Notes: generated from the letters alone by a model not told the origin. A stretch of DNA of 64,000 bases from Planctomycetota bacterium (GCA_016712285.1 JADJRK010000001.1:4058761-4122760), one strand, 5' to 3'; numbered from the stretch's first letter, positions 30,171 to 39,719 are shown. Made by a program: numbers and translations.

Positions 30171-31499
30171 ATGACGCCCGACTGGATCCAGCAAGCCGAG
30201 AACTGGTGCGCGTCGGTCGAGAATTCGACAGCCGGCTTGATGCTGATCTCGGCGCTGGTGAGCCTTGGCAACGCTGCTGTGTTCTGGGTGCTGGTGCGTC
30301 GCATTAGGGGGGTCAGACCCCATTTTGCAGGCAAAATGGCGTCAGACCCATGGTGCTGGCTGATCGGCGTGCCGTACTGGCTGCTGCTGCTGCCGATGCT
30401 GGCGATGGCGGTTGGCGGGCACGGGGCCGCAGAGGCCTTTCACTCGTTGCTGCCGGCGCCGCTTGCTGTGGCGTGCATGGCGTTTCAGTTTGCGGTCTGG
30501 GTTTATGGCGGCGTGCTGCTGATTGGCCTGGTTGTGCGGGGTAGCTTCGGCGTCTTCGCCGGTGACCGCTTTTCACGAACAGAAACGGGGACAGTCCCTC
30601 GGCCTTCGGCCGGGGACAGTCCCCCCTCCGACAGTCCCCAATCGCGGCGCGACTTCCTGCGCAAAGCCGCGTTTGGTGTGCCTGCGGTGATTGTTACGGC
30701 TGCAGCCGCCGGCGGGGTTTGCAGCCAGTTGCCGCCAGTGATTCGGCGCGTGCAACTGCCGGTGCGCGCGCCCGGTTTGCGCGGCTTGCGGATTGTCCAG
30801 TTTAGCGACGTGCACATTGGCAGCTATCTTGAGCGTGACCGGCTGCGTGAGATCTCCGAGGCCGTGAACGCGCAGCGCCCGGACCTGGTTGTGTGCACCG
30901 GCGACCTGATCGACAACCGGCTTGAGCAACTGGAGTTCGCGCAGAACCTGCTGGGGCGCCTGAAGCCGCGCGTGGGCACGTTCATGTGCATGGGCAACCA
31001 TGAGTACATCGCGGCGCAGGGCGACGAGGCGGCTGTGAAAGCAGCCTACGCCGAGGCGGGCGCGACGGTGCTGGTGGACACTGCGATCAAGCTGCCGCTG
31101 GGGGGCTCGCACCTGTGGCTTGCGGGCACGGACTTCCCCGGCGCACCGGGGGGTTCACTGGGCGATCGGCCGAGCACAGCCGAAAGCATGGACCGTGTGC
31201 TGGCTGACATGCGCGACGACGGCGCGCCGAGGATTGTACTTTCGCATCATCCCAAGACATTCTTTGAAGGCCGCGAGCGGCAGATCGACCTGATGCTGAG
31301 CGGCCACACACACGGCGGGCAGATCAGCCTGGGGCGCATTCACGACCACGCGCTCACGCCCAACCTGCCCTTCGAGTTCTACCACAAGGGCCTGTACGAG
31401 CACGAAGGCCGGCGCCTGTACGTCAACAGCGGCATCGGAAGCTGGCTGCCCGTGCGCATCAACTGCCCGCCCGAGGTGACGCTGGTCGAGCTGGTGTAG
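30171..31499 (+). CDS. membrane-anchored metallophosphoesterase paralog 3 (twin-arginine motif SRRDFLRKAAFGV)
   Basis: Same architecture as paralogs 1 and 2; clear S-R-R-x-F-L-K Tat-like motif ahead of the phosphoesterase domain. Confidence 0.8.
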   Translation: MTPDWIQQAENWCASVENSTAGLMLISALVSLGNAAVFWVLVRRIRGVRPHFAGKMASDPWCWLIGVPYWLLLLPMLAMAVGGHGAAEAFHSLLPAPLAVACMAFQFAVWVYGGVLLIGLVVRGSFGVFAGDRFSRTETGTVPRPSAGDSPPSDSPQSRRDFLRKAAFGVPAVIVTAAAAGGVCSQLPPVIRRVQLPVRAPGLRGLRIVQFSDVHIGSYLERDRLREISEAVNAQRPDLVVCTGDLIDNRLEQLEFAQNLLGRLKPRVGTFMCMGNHEYIAAQGDEAAVKAAYAEAGATVLVDTAIKLPLGGSHLWLAGTDFPGAPGGSLGDRPSTAESMDRVLADMRDDGAPRIVLSHHPKTFFEGRERQIDLMLSGHTHGGQISLGRIHDHALTPNLPFEFYHKGLYEHEGRRLYVNSGIGSWLPVRINCPPEVTLVELV

Positions 31500-31589
31500 G
31501 GGCGACGCGCGCTTGTGCATTCGCGGGCGGAACAACGGCCCCTACCCGCGCGTTACAGGCTTGGCTATCGTTGCGCGCGGAGGCTTTCG

Positions 31590-32642
31590 ATGACTGTACC
31601 GGTCTATTTGGTGGCAGGGTTTCTTGGGTCGGGCAAGACGACACTGATGAAGCGGCTGCTGGAGCACCTGAACGCCCGCGGCGAAAAGCCGCTGGTGCTG
31701 ATGAACGAGTTTGGCGAAAGTAACATCGACAACGATTTGCTTGAGGGCAGCAACGCGCAGATGCGCGAGCTGATTGACGGCTGCATCTGCTGCACCAGCA
31801 AGACCGAGCTTACCAAGACGCTGTACGACATCGTTGCCAGCGACAAGCCCAGCAGCATCCTGATGGAAGCCACGGGGCTGGCTGACCCGGTCGAGATTCT
31901 GGACATCTGCACGCTGCCCAACCTGCTGGACAAGTTGACGCTGCGCACGATCGTCAGCGTGGTGGACGTGAACCGCTGGGGCAAGGTGGCGCAGGCCGAG
32001 GCGCTGATGAAGCGCCAGGCGAAGTTCGCCGACATCGTGCTGCTGAACAAGACTGACCTGGTGGACGCGGCGGTGTCAGAGCGCGTTGAGTCGGAGGTTC
32101 GCAAGCTCAACGCGCGCGCCAGCCTGCACCGCACGCAGCGCGCAGAAGTGGACATCGCGGGCATTCTTGACGCCGGCGGCACCGAAGTCGTCAACGACGA
32201 CAAAGACCACAGCCACTGCGACCACGAACACGACCACTGCGAACACACCGGCGACGGCCACGCACACCACCACCACAAGCACGAGCACAGCCACGACCAC
32301 TACCTCAGCCTGACGCTGCGCCCGCACGGCAAAGCCGACAAGGCGCGATTCAACGACTTTTTGAACGAGGGGTTGCCCGGCTTGCTGCGCCTGAAGGGTT
32401 TCTTGCAGGTGCAGGGCGTTGAGCCGCAGGCGATTGTGCAGTGGACCGCCGGCGACTGGGAGATGATCCCGCGGCCCGAGATCTTGAAGCCCAAGCCCGA
32501 CGTGCTGGTGTTCATCGGCGAAGAGCTGGACCACAAGCTGATCCGGCAAAGGCTGGAAGCCACGGGCCTGCACTTCCACGACGAGGGCGGGCACCACCAC
32601 CACGACCACGCCCACGAACACGCACACCACCATGAGCATTGA
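31590..32642 (+). CDS. COG0523-family metallochaperone GTPase (CobW/ZigA/YciC-like), histidine-rich
   Basis: P-loop GFLGSGKTT, GCICCT metal-binding motif, His-rich insert (DHSHCDHEHDHCEHTGDGHAHHHHKHEHSHDH) and His-rich C-terminus. Confidence 0.85.
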   Translation: MTVPVYLVAGFLGSGKTTLMKRLLEHLNARGEKPLVLMNEFGESNIDNDLLEGSNAQMRELIDGCICCTSKTELTKTLYDIVASDKPSSILMEATGLADPVEILDICTLPNLLDKLTLRTIVSVVDVNRWGKVAQAEALMKRQAKFADIVLLNKTDLVDAAVSERVESEVRKLNARASLHRTQRAEVDIAGILDAGGTEVVNDDKDHSHCDHEHDHCEHTGDGHAHHHHKHEHSHDHYLSLTLRPHGKADKARFNDFLNEGLPGLLRLKGFLQVQGVEPQAIVQWTAGDWEMIPRPEILKPKPDVLVFIGEELDHKLIRQRLEATGLHFHDEGGHHHHDHAHEHAHHHEH

Positions 32643-33714
32643 TTGGCTTGAAGCGGAATCTGCCATTGATGAACGCCTTGCGCTGCAGAAGCGGCGTGAG
32701 GCGCTGGAAGCCGCATTTGACGCCGACAACACCAACGCCGAGAACGCGCTCAAGCTGATTCTCACGCTTGACCAGCTTGGCGTGGCGCCGCAGGAAATCG
32801 CCACCCGCTGCGAACCCGCCTTCCAGGCCAACCCGCGCGATGCCGCACTCATGGCGTGGCTCAGCCAGCTCAGCTACCGGCTTGGCCAGCTCAAGATCTG
32901 CATGGTCACGGCCAAGCACGCAGCCACGCTCGACCCTGACGAGCCGATGGCCAATTTCACGCTGGCGCAGGTGCTGCTGTACTCGAAGGCCCATGAGGAT
33001 GGCCTGCGCTACGCCAAGCGCGCGTGGGATGTCGGCCACGCAACGCACTATCATGCGCAGATCGGGCGGCTTTACTGCATCCTGCTCGCGCGCCTCAAGC
33101 GCTGGGATGAAGCCTATGGATTCCAGAACGAGCGCCTGGCCGAGCGCCCGGACGATTCGCAGGCCGTGATCGACACCGCCGACCTGCTGCAGGAAATGGG
33201 CAAGCGCGAAGAGGGCGAAGCGCTTCTTGAGAAGGCGCACGAGAAGAAGCCCCGAGACACCGACCTGCTGTTTCGCATTGCCGTCGGCTACTTCGAGAAC
33301 GAAGACAACCTGACGGCGCGCCGCTGGGTGGACAAGCTGATTGACGCCGATGCCCAGCACCTGGAGGGCTGGAACCTGCGAAGCCAGATTCGGCTGAAGC
33401 TGGGCGACTTTGCGGGCGCGCTGGCGGACCACGAGATGATCCGTGAGCTGAGCAAGACGATGCCGCTGGACCAGTCGTTTCGCGCGACATGCCTTGAAGG
33501 CCTGGGTCGCAAGGAAGACGCGATTGCCGCGCTGAAGCTGGGGCTGGATGAAGTCAAGCAATGGCCTGAGCGCGTCAAGCAGTACAAGCAGCACCTGGAG
33601 CGGCTGCAGACCGTGCCGCCCGAGCAGCAGCAAAGACGCGGCGAGAAGCTTGGCCCGAACGACCCATGCTGGTGCGGCAGCGGCAAGAAACTCAAGAAGT
33701 GCCACGGTGGTTGA
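32632..33714 (+). CDS. TPR-repeat protein with C-terminal SEC-C metal-binding motif
   Basis: TPR-like helical repeats; C-terminal NDPCWCGSGKKLKKCHGG; 11-nt overlap with the COG0523 gene. Confidence 0.75.
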   Translation: MSIDWLEAESAIDERLALQKRREALEAAFDADNTNAENALKLILTLDQLGVAPQEIATRCEPAFQANPRDAALMAWLSQLSYRLGQLKICMVTAKHAATLDPDEPMANFTLAQVLLYSKAHEDGLRYAKRAWDVGHATHYHAQIGRLYCILLARLKRWDEAYGFQNERLAERPDDSQAVIDTADLLQEMGKREEGEALLEKAHEKKPRDTDLLFRIAVGYFENEDNLTARRWVDKLIDADAQHLEGWNLRSQIRLKLGDFAGALADHEMIRELSKTMPLDQSFRATCLEGLGRKEDAIAALKLGLDEVKQWPERVKQYKQHLERLQTVPPEQQQRRGEKLGPNDPCWCGSGKKLKKCHGG

Positions 33715-33922
33715 GTTGTGGCATGGGCGCCCCGCCCATGCACGGCGCACGGGCGAGGCACCCGTGCCACAGGTTGAAACTGCCTTACGTTCCAAGTCTG
33801 CGAGAAGCCTGCACGAGTGTCGTGCGGGCGCCTGTTGTTCCGGCGGGCCGGCGGCGTGGGCTGCGTGCAGCCACCACGTACCGTGTACGGCTTTGAAACC
33901 GCTGGAGCCTTGGGAATCGCCC

Positions 33923-33996
33923 TTGGATATAGCTCAACGGTAGAGCACAGGACTTGGAATCCTGGAGTTGCGGGTTCAAATCCCGTTATCCCAACC
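33923..33996 (+). tRNA. tRNA-Pro (anticodon TGG)
   Basis: D-arm GCTCAACGGTAGAGC, anticodon arm CAGGA-CTTGGAA-TCCTG, T-loop TTCAAAT; one acceptor-stem mismatch (2-71). Confidence 0.75.
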
Positions 33997-34330
33997 TCGC
34001 CCGCAAGGGCACCAGCCATTTAAGCTGGCTAAGCGGTCCGCAAGGGCCGCAACGAAAACCGGAAGGGGGATGTGCAGCGCAACGCCCGTTCTTGACCTGT
34101 CAAGAATAGCACAAGAAGAGACTCTGCGGCACGCGGATACCGGTCGGCGAGGAACACGCAGACGGGCCAACAGCCGCCGGGCCAACGCGGAAGGCAGGCG
34201 ATGAAGCAATGTCGCCGGTCGTCCGCCGAAGCCCAGGCGCTGCCGGCCCCAAGCGCCACTACCCCGGCCTCAAGCAGTGCCCCGTTTCAGAAGTGCGGCT
34301 GTGCGCGAATCGTCCCCCGGAAGGAAGTTA

Positions 34331-34467
34331 GTTGTCGGTATTCAGTTGTCAGTCTTCAGTTGTCGGTTGTCAGTGGCTGCTGTTTGGGTCGCGCTGTCGG
34401 CCGTTGGCAAGATCGCACACTCCGTCAACCGCTGCCGACAACTGACAACTGACAACCGACCACTGGC
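34331..34467. repeat. GTTGTC(A/G) heptamer-type repeat array: ~4 direct copies, 55-bp spacer, ~4 inverted copies
   Basis: gttgtcggtattcagttgtcagtcttcagttgtcggttgtcagtggc ... gccgacaactgacaactgacaaccgaccactggc. Confidence 0.7.
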
Positions 34468-34489
34468 AACTTTTCCTGCAACCCTATCC

Positions 34490-34501
34490 CGTTGACGTGT
34501 C
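34490..34501. promoter_or_regulatory. perfect palindrome TTGACGTGTCAA ~35 nt upstream of the SPFH gene start
   Basis: 12-bp palindrome; TTGACG half resembles a -35 box or operator. Confidence 0.35.
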
Positions 34502-34533
34502 AAGACACTTTGCCCCATCGAAAGGGGGTTGCC

Positions 34534-35844
34534 ATGATCCTGTACCGCAAGTTCAAGATTGCCGCGCACCAGCTTGGCCTGAAGTTCCGCGACGACCGCC
34601 TGCTCGACATCTACAAGGCCGGCGAGCACGTGGAGTTCGACCCGCTGCGCAAGCTGCGTGTCGAGAAGGTCAACCTGCGCGACGTCTACTTCAAGCACGC
34701 CGAGCTGGACGTGATCAGCCGCGAGCTGAAGCAGTACCCGAACCTGTTCAAGGTCGTGGAGCTTGCGGACCACCAGCGCGCCTTCGTGTTTGTCGACGGC
34801 CGCTTTGACCGCATCCTGGCGCCGGGCCTGCACGTGCTGGTGATCGCGCTGCGCAACGTGCGCGTTGAGGTTGCCGACATGCGCGACGCCGTGTACGCGT
34901 CGGCCGACATGGCCGGCATCCTGCGCGGCAACACGATCGAGGAATACGCCGACGTGCTTGAGCTGGAAGATAGCAAGCGCGCGCTGGTCTGGGTTGATGG
35001 CCGCTTCCGCATGGCGCTGAAGGCGGGCCAGTACCTGGTGTGGAAGGGCCTGCAGCGCGTGCGCGTCGAGTCGTTCGACGTGTCTGAGCCGCGCTTTGCG
35101 CACAAGGATCTCCCGGCGATCGTGAACAGCGCCGGCGCCAACGGCGCCCTGACGGTGTACCCGATCGAGCCGGGCCAGCTGGGCCTGTGGTTCAATGACG
35201 GCAAGCTGAAGGGCGAACTGGCACCGGGCGTGCACGCCTTCTGGACGGGCGTTTCCAAGCTCAAGGTCATGGTGACCGACCTGCGTGAGAAGACGTTTGA
35301 CATCGCAGGCCAGGAGATCATGACGCACGACAAGGTGACGCTGCGCCTGAACGCCTTGCTGACGTACCGCGTGGCCGATGTCGTGAAGTCGGTCAGCGTC
35401 GTGGACGACGCGCCGGGTGCCCTGTACCGCGAGGCACAGCTTGCCCTGCGCGCGGTGATCGGCAGCCGTGAGCTGGATGCGCTGCTCACGGACAAGGACG
35501 CCGTGGTCGAGGAGCTGCGTGAGGTTGTGGCACGCAAGGCCCCGGAGTTCGGCCTTGAGGTGAAGTCGCTTGGCATTCGCGACATCATCCTGCCGGGCGA
35601 GATGAAGGACCTGATGAACAAGGTCATGCAGGCTCGCAAGGCCGCCGAGGCCGGCCTGATCACGCGCCGTGAAGAGACGGCTGCTGCGCGCATGCAGGCC
35701 AACACGGCCAAGATCCTCGAGGGCAACCCGACGCTCATGAAGCTGCGCGAGCTGGAGGTGCTTGAGAAGATCGCCGAGAAGAGCAACCTGACGGTCGTGC
35801 TCGGCGACGGCGGCCTGAAGGACCGCGTGATGAAGCTGATGTAG
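34534..35844 (+). CDS. SPFH/band-7 (stomatin/prohibitin-like) domain protein with N-terminal beta-repeat domain
   Basis: C-terminal IRDIILPGEMKDLMNKVMQARKAAEAGLITRREETAAARMQANTAKIL band-7 signature; N-terminal internal repeats (VDGRFDRILAPGLHVLV, VDGRFRMALKAGQYLVW). Confidence 0.78.
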   Translation: MILYRKFKIAAHQLGLKFRDDRLLDIYKAGEHVEFDPLRKLRVEKVNLRDVYFKHAELDVISRELKQYPNLFKVVELADHQRAFVFVDGRFDRILAPGLHVLVIALRNVRVEVADMRDAVYASADMAGILRGNTIEEYADVLELEDSKRALVWVDGRFRMALKAGQYLVWKGLQRVRVESFDVSEPRFAHKDLPAIVNSAGANGALTVYPIEPGQLGLWFNDGKLKGELAPGVHAFWTGVSKLKVMVTDLREKTFDIAGQEIMTHDKVTLRLNALLTYRVADVVKSVSVVDDAPGALYREAQLALRAVIGSRELDALLTDKDAVVEELREVVARKAPEFGLEVKSLGIRDIILPGEMKDLMNKVMQARKAAEAGLITRREETAAARMQANTAKILEGNPTLMKLRELEVLEKIAEKSNLTVVLGDGGLKDRVMKLM

Positions 35845-35904
35845 GGGGCTGTCCTCGGGTTTGGGGACTGTTCCCGTCGTCGGCCGCTAAATGCAGCAAG
35901 ACTT

Positions 35905-35935
35905 GAGGAGAGCCGATCGGCTCTCCTCTCTTCAA
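35905..35935. terminator. bidirectional rho-independent terminator
   Basis: Perfect 24-nt palindrome GAGGAGAGCCGATCGGCTCTCCTC followed by TCTTCAAT. Confidence 0.7.
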
Positions 35936-35965
35936 TACAACTACCCGCAATGCCTGTGAGCTGCG

Positions 35966-36457
35966 TTAAGTCGGAAGTGCTGAACTGCAGAACACGCCAG
36001 ACCGGGGACCGATGTCGCCCAGGCGCCAGGACGCATTCTCATATCGCACGTAATACTCCGAAGCGTGAACGCGAGTCCTCATAGATTCAACCCACTGGAC
36101 GAAAATGGGCGCCAAATCAGCTGTTGGGATCAGGTCCTCTGGAAAGAACGACATCTCGATGAATGGCGTACCGTCTCTTCCGGCACCGGAGTACACCTGA
36201 AGCGTCTTGAACAAGGAATTGCCGCTCTTCAGCAGCATCCTGACGTGCCCCGCCCGGGCGGCACCGACGAGCGCTTCGGACTGCACCTGGGCGATCACGC
36301 TGCCATTGTGGTCCTCGGCCGACGAAACAGCGAATGTCTGGGTGAGTTCGGTGAGCAGTTCTGCGAGGCCATCCCAACTCGGTGCCAAAAAGTTGATGTC
36401 CCTGCACGACCCGTCATTGTCGCGCAGGGACATCTCGATTTCGGCATACCCGTTCAC
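35966..36457 (-). CDS. hypothetical protein
   Basis: 163-aa ORF convergent with the SPFH gene; no motif. Confidence 0.45.
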   Translation of the reverse strand: MNGYAEIEMSLRDNDGSCRDINFLAPSWDGLAELLTELTQTFAVSSAEDHNGSVIAQVQSEALVGAARAGHVRMLLKSGNSLFKTLQVYSGAGRDGTPFIEMSFFPEDLIPTADLAPIFVQWVESMRTRVHASEYYVRYENASWRLGDIGPRSGVFCSSALPT

Positions 36458-36478
36458 GACAGTTTCCGTGACCCCGAA

Positions 36479-37753
36479 TTAATTCCCGCGCTGCTGCTCC
36501 GCTTCGCCTACGCGCTTGAGCGCCAGCATGAACGCTGCGGTGCGCTTGCTGCACTTTTCCTGGCGCGCCATGGACTGCACATCCAGGTAGGCTTTGCGCA
36601 TCTTGCGCTCAAGCTCAATGTTCACGCGCTCTTCGTCCCAGTAGAACTGCGTAAGGTTCTGGCTCCACTCGAAGTAGCTGACCGTCACGCCGCCGGCATT
36701 GGCCAGAATGTCCGGAATCACCACGATGCCGCGCTCGTAAAGTTCTTCGTCGGCTTCGGGCATGGTGGGGTGGTTGGCGGCTTCAATGATCAGCGGCGCC
36801 TTGATGTTGCCGCAGTTGTCGGGCGTGATCACGTCGCCGATGGCAGCCGGGATCAGGCAGTCCACGGGCAGTGTCAGCAGGTCCTGGTTGTTCATCACGT
36901 CGGCGTTAGGAAAGCCCGCGACCGTGCGCTTTTCATTGAACCAGTCAAACAGCGCCGGGACGTCCAGGCCTTTCTCGTTGTACACGCCGCCCTTCACGTC
37001 GGTCACGGCGACCACCTTGCCGCCGCGCTCGTGCCAGAACTTGGCGCTGTAGCTGCCGACGTTGCCGAAACCCTGGATTGCGCAGGTCTTGCCCGTGATC
37101 GATTCGTTGCGCGACTTGTAGTACGCGTCGGCGGCAATCACCACGCCGTAGGCCGTGGCCGTGACGCGACCCTGGCTGCCGCCCAGCGTCACAGGCTTGC
37201 CGGTCACCACACCCGGGCTGTAGCCGCGGCGTGAAGAGTATTCGTCCATCAGCCACGCCATGACCTGCCCGTCAGTGCCCATGTCGGGCGCGGGGATGTC
37301 GCGCTGCGGGCCGAGCACGATGGCAATGCGTGCCACAAACTTGCGCGTCAGGCGCTCAAGCTCGGTCATGCTCATGTTCATCGGGTCGCAGGCCACACCG
37401 CCCTTGGCGCCGCCGAACGGAATGTCCAGCAGCGCGGTCTTCCAGGTCATCAGGCTGGCCAGCGCGCGCACTTCGTCTTTGTCCACTTCGGGGTGATAGC
37501 GAATGCCGCCCTTCCAGGGGCCGCGGGCGCCGTTGTGCTGGATGCGATAGCCCGTGTAGACGTGAATCTTGCCGCTGTCCATGCGCACGGGCACAGCTAC
37601 CGTGACTTCGCGAAAGGGTGTTTTCAGCACCTCGCGCAGCCACTCGGGCATATTGAGGCGGTCGGCGGACTTGTCGAAGAGCCCGTTGACGGCTTCGAAG
37701 GCGTTGTAGCGACCAGTAGAAGCTTTGTATCGACCTGTAACGCGAGTGGACAT
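36479..37753 (-). CDS. gdhA: Glu/Leu/Phe/Val-family glutamate dehydrogenase
   Basis: PFGGAKGG catalytic Lys region, nucleotide-binding GFGNVG. Confidence 0.9.
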   Translation of the reverse strand: MSTRVTGRYKASTGRYNAFEAVNGLFDKSADRLNMPEWLREVLKTPFREVTVAVPVRMDSGKIHVYTGYRIQHNGARGPWKGGIRYHPEVDKDEVRALASLMTWKTALLDIPFGGAKGGVACDPMNMSMTELERLTRKFVARIAIVLGPQRDIPAPDMGTDGQVMAWLMDEYSSRRGYSPGVVTGKPVTLGGSQGRVTATAYGVVIAADAYYKSRNESITGKTCAIQGFGNVGSYSAKFWHERGGKVVAVTDVKGGVYNEKGLDVPALFDWFNEKRTVAGFPNADVMNNQDLLTLPVDCLIPAAIGDVITPDNCGNIKAPLIIEAANHPTMPEADEELYERGIVVIPDILANAGGVTVSYFEWSQNLTQFYWDEERVNIELERKMRKAYLDVQSMARQEKCSKRTAAFMLALKRVGEAEQQRGN

Positions 37754-37875
37754 GCGGCCATCCTGAGTCGAGCTCGTTGCACAGCATTATCGGCTGTTTG
37801 TGTGTTGAACTGGACGTGAAACGCCGACGGGGGCGGACTATGCCTTTTCCGGGTTGATGCTGCAAAGGGCGGTTT

Positions 37876-38316
37876 TCAAGCGCGGGGTTCGCCACCGGTC
37901 GTGGCGGGAAGGCTTTCGCGCAGGCGGAAGTTGGCAAGCGTGTAACGAGCGAGCACTTTGCCAATCTGCTCTTCCACTTCGCCGAAAACGTCACGAATCA
38001 TGCAGTCGCCATAGAGGTTGCAATCAGACTCGGTGGCAAAGCATTCGAATACGCGGGTGGGGCCGTCAATTTCCGTAAGCACTTCCAGCAACGTCACTTC
38101 GGCGGGGTCCACAGCCAGCACAAAGCCGCCGCTGGGGCCCTTGAGGCTGCGCACGACGCCCTTTTTGGCAAGCTGCTGCAGGATTTTGGAGAGAAACGCC
38201 TTGGGAATCATCAGCTTTTCGGCGATTTCGTGCAGCGTCACGGGGCCGCGTGCGCGGCGGTCAACCAGGTACATCAGCGCGCGCAAGCCGTAATCACTTT
38301 TTCTGCTGAAGATCAC
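37876..38316 (-). CDS. Rrf2-family transcriptional regulator (IscR/NsrR-like)
   Basis: N-terminal wHTH SDYGLRALMYL; Cys cluster CF..SDCNLYGDC. Confidence 0.8.
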   Translation of the reverse strand: MIFSRKSDYGLRALMYLVDRRARGPVTLHEIAEKLMIPKAFLSKILQQLAKKGVVRSLKGPSGGFVLAVDPAEVTLLEVLTEIDGPTRVFECFATESDCNLYGDCMIRDVFGEVEEQIGKVLARYTLANFRLRESLPATTGGEPRA

Positions 38317-38370
38317 AGTTTCCCTTCCGCCCGCAAGACGGCCGACCCCGACCAGTACACAGCAGCGGAC

Positions 38371-39582
38371 TTAGAGTGTCAAGCGGCGGCGGCGCACGCA
38401 GGCAACGGCAAGCAACGCCAACAACGAAAACATTGAGAAGCAATCGCCGGCCGCGGAAGCACAACCGACAATCTGGTTGTCAACGCCTTTGGCTACCGCC
38501 ACCCCAAGGTCAAACGAGAACTCGACAAGGGGCAGGTCCAATGGGTCGATGTTTACGCCCCCGCTACCTCCGGCCGAGGGGGTATAGAGCCCCACCCGGA
38601 TGACCCGCAGGGAGTCCTGACCGTCACTGACAACCAATTGGATCAAGTGCGACGACGCCGAAGTCAGCGTGCCCGTGGTCGGATTCAGCGCGTAAGGGAC
38701 CGCCGCCAAGGCACTCTCGAATTCGGCCGCCACAAGCACGGGACTGTTGTTGTACGAATCGATGCTGGCCGGATCGCCGTCGTCGTCAGTGACCGTGATC
38801 TGGATATTCAGCGACGCGACGGATGTACCGGCAGGGATGCTCATTTGTTCGTTGTCGTTGAGTTGGTTGCCGCTGATCGCCACCGTGGCCTTGGGCGCAC
38901 TTCGGCTAGTCCCCGTGGGCGTAAAGCGGATGTACGAATCCGCCGGCCATTGGGTCATCCGACCGTTTGAATCCACGAACCCAGCCAAAGCGCCAGGCAT
39001 GAAGCAGCGCCCGGCGGCAGTGGTTGAGCCAGTGATGGAAACGCAGTAGTCCGTGCCGGCAAATGTGTATGGCGTGCCGACTCCTGGGCCATAGCGAAAC
39101 TCGATGGTGTCGCTGTTGGTGTCGAATGCGGCTTGGAAACTGAATGTCATCGGCGTTGCGCCAGGGGGTGCCGCGCCGTCCGGTACATTGAGCCACTCGA
39201 TTGTCAACACACCGGCGGAGAACTCCCACGAGACTACCGAATTCCCCGTGTAGCTCCAAGCGTGCAGGCAGGGTGCCGCCATGCGCGCGCACATGGGCGA
39301 TGGCGTCCAGTAGGTGGTTGCTATGTTGGGTTCGTAGGCGAATTGGACTACGCCCACGTCGCGGGCCCGGAACTCGTGCAGTGTGGTTGTTTCCAAGGGA
39401 AAAAGAAAACCAGAGGGCTTGATGGTTGCGTTGTTCGGCGGCGCGCCGTTGAGGTTTTGCACGACATTTGCGCTGGCAGCGATCAGGGGCGTGAACGTCT
39501 GGACGCCACCCGAGACGCTGTAGTTCAACTGTGCGGAAAGGGGCGCCGCCAAGAGGACAAGCAGGAAAAGCAGGTCCTTCAC
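38371..39582 (-). CDS. secreted protein with C-terminal hydrophobic segment plus RRRR, possible sorting/anchor signal
   Basis: Signal peptide (V/M)KDLLFLLVLLAAPLSAQ from a GTG start (alternative ATG at 39663); C-terminus GDCFSMFSLLALLAVACVRRRRLTL. Confidence 0.55.
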   Translation of the reverse strand: MKDLLFLLVLLAAPLSAQLNYSVSGGVQTFTPLIAASANVVQNLNGAPPNNATIKPSGFLFPLETTTLHEFRARDVGVVQFAYEPNIATTYWTPSPMCARMAAPCLHAWSYTGNSVVSWEFSAGVLTIEWLNVPDGAAPPGATPMTFSFQAAFDTNSDTIEFRYGPGVGTPYTFAGTDYCVSITGSTTAAGRCFMPGALAGFVDSNGRMTQWPADSYIRFTPTGTSRSAPKATVAISGNQLNDNEQMSIPAGTSVASLNIQITVTDDDGDPASIDSYNNSPVLVAAEFESALAAVPYALNPTTGTLTSASSHLIQLVVSDGQDSLRVIRVGLYTPSAGGSGGVNIDPLDLPLVEFSFDLGVAVAKGVDNQIVGCASAAGDCFSMFSLLALLAVACVRRRRLTL

Positions 39583-39719
39583 TGTGAACCCCCTCTGGCC
39601 GCAAAATCTAGAGCAAGAGAAGGTACCACATGGAAGGGGTGCCTGCGGCGAAACCGCCGACATTTCCGGTCGAACGAAGTGAGTGGCACCCCGCTATCGT
39701 CAGCAATGGAACAGGCCCC

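Noticed and set aside
33288-34019. 243-aa minus-strand ORF
   Set aside because: It is antisense to tRNA-Pro(TGG) and to the end of the TPR gene, and its composition is Arg/Ser-rich junk.
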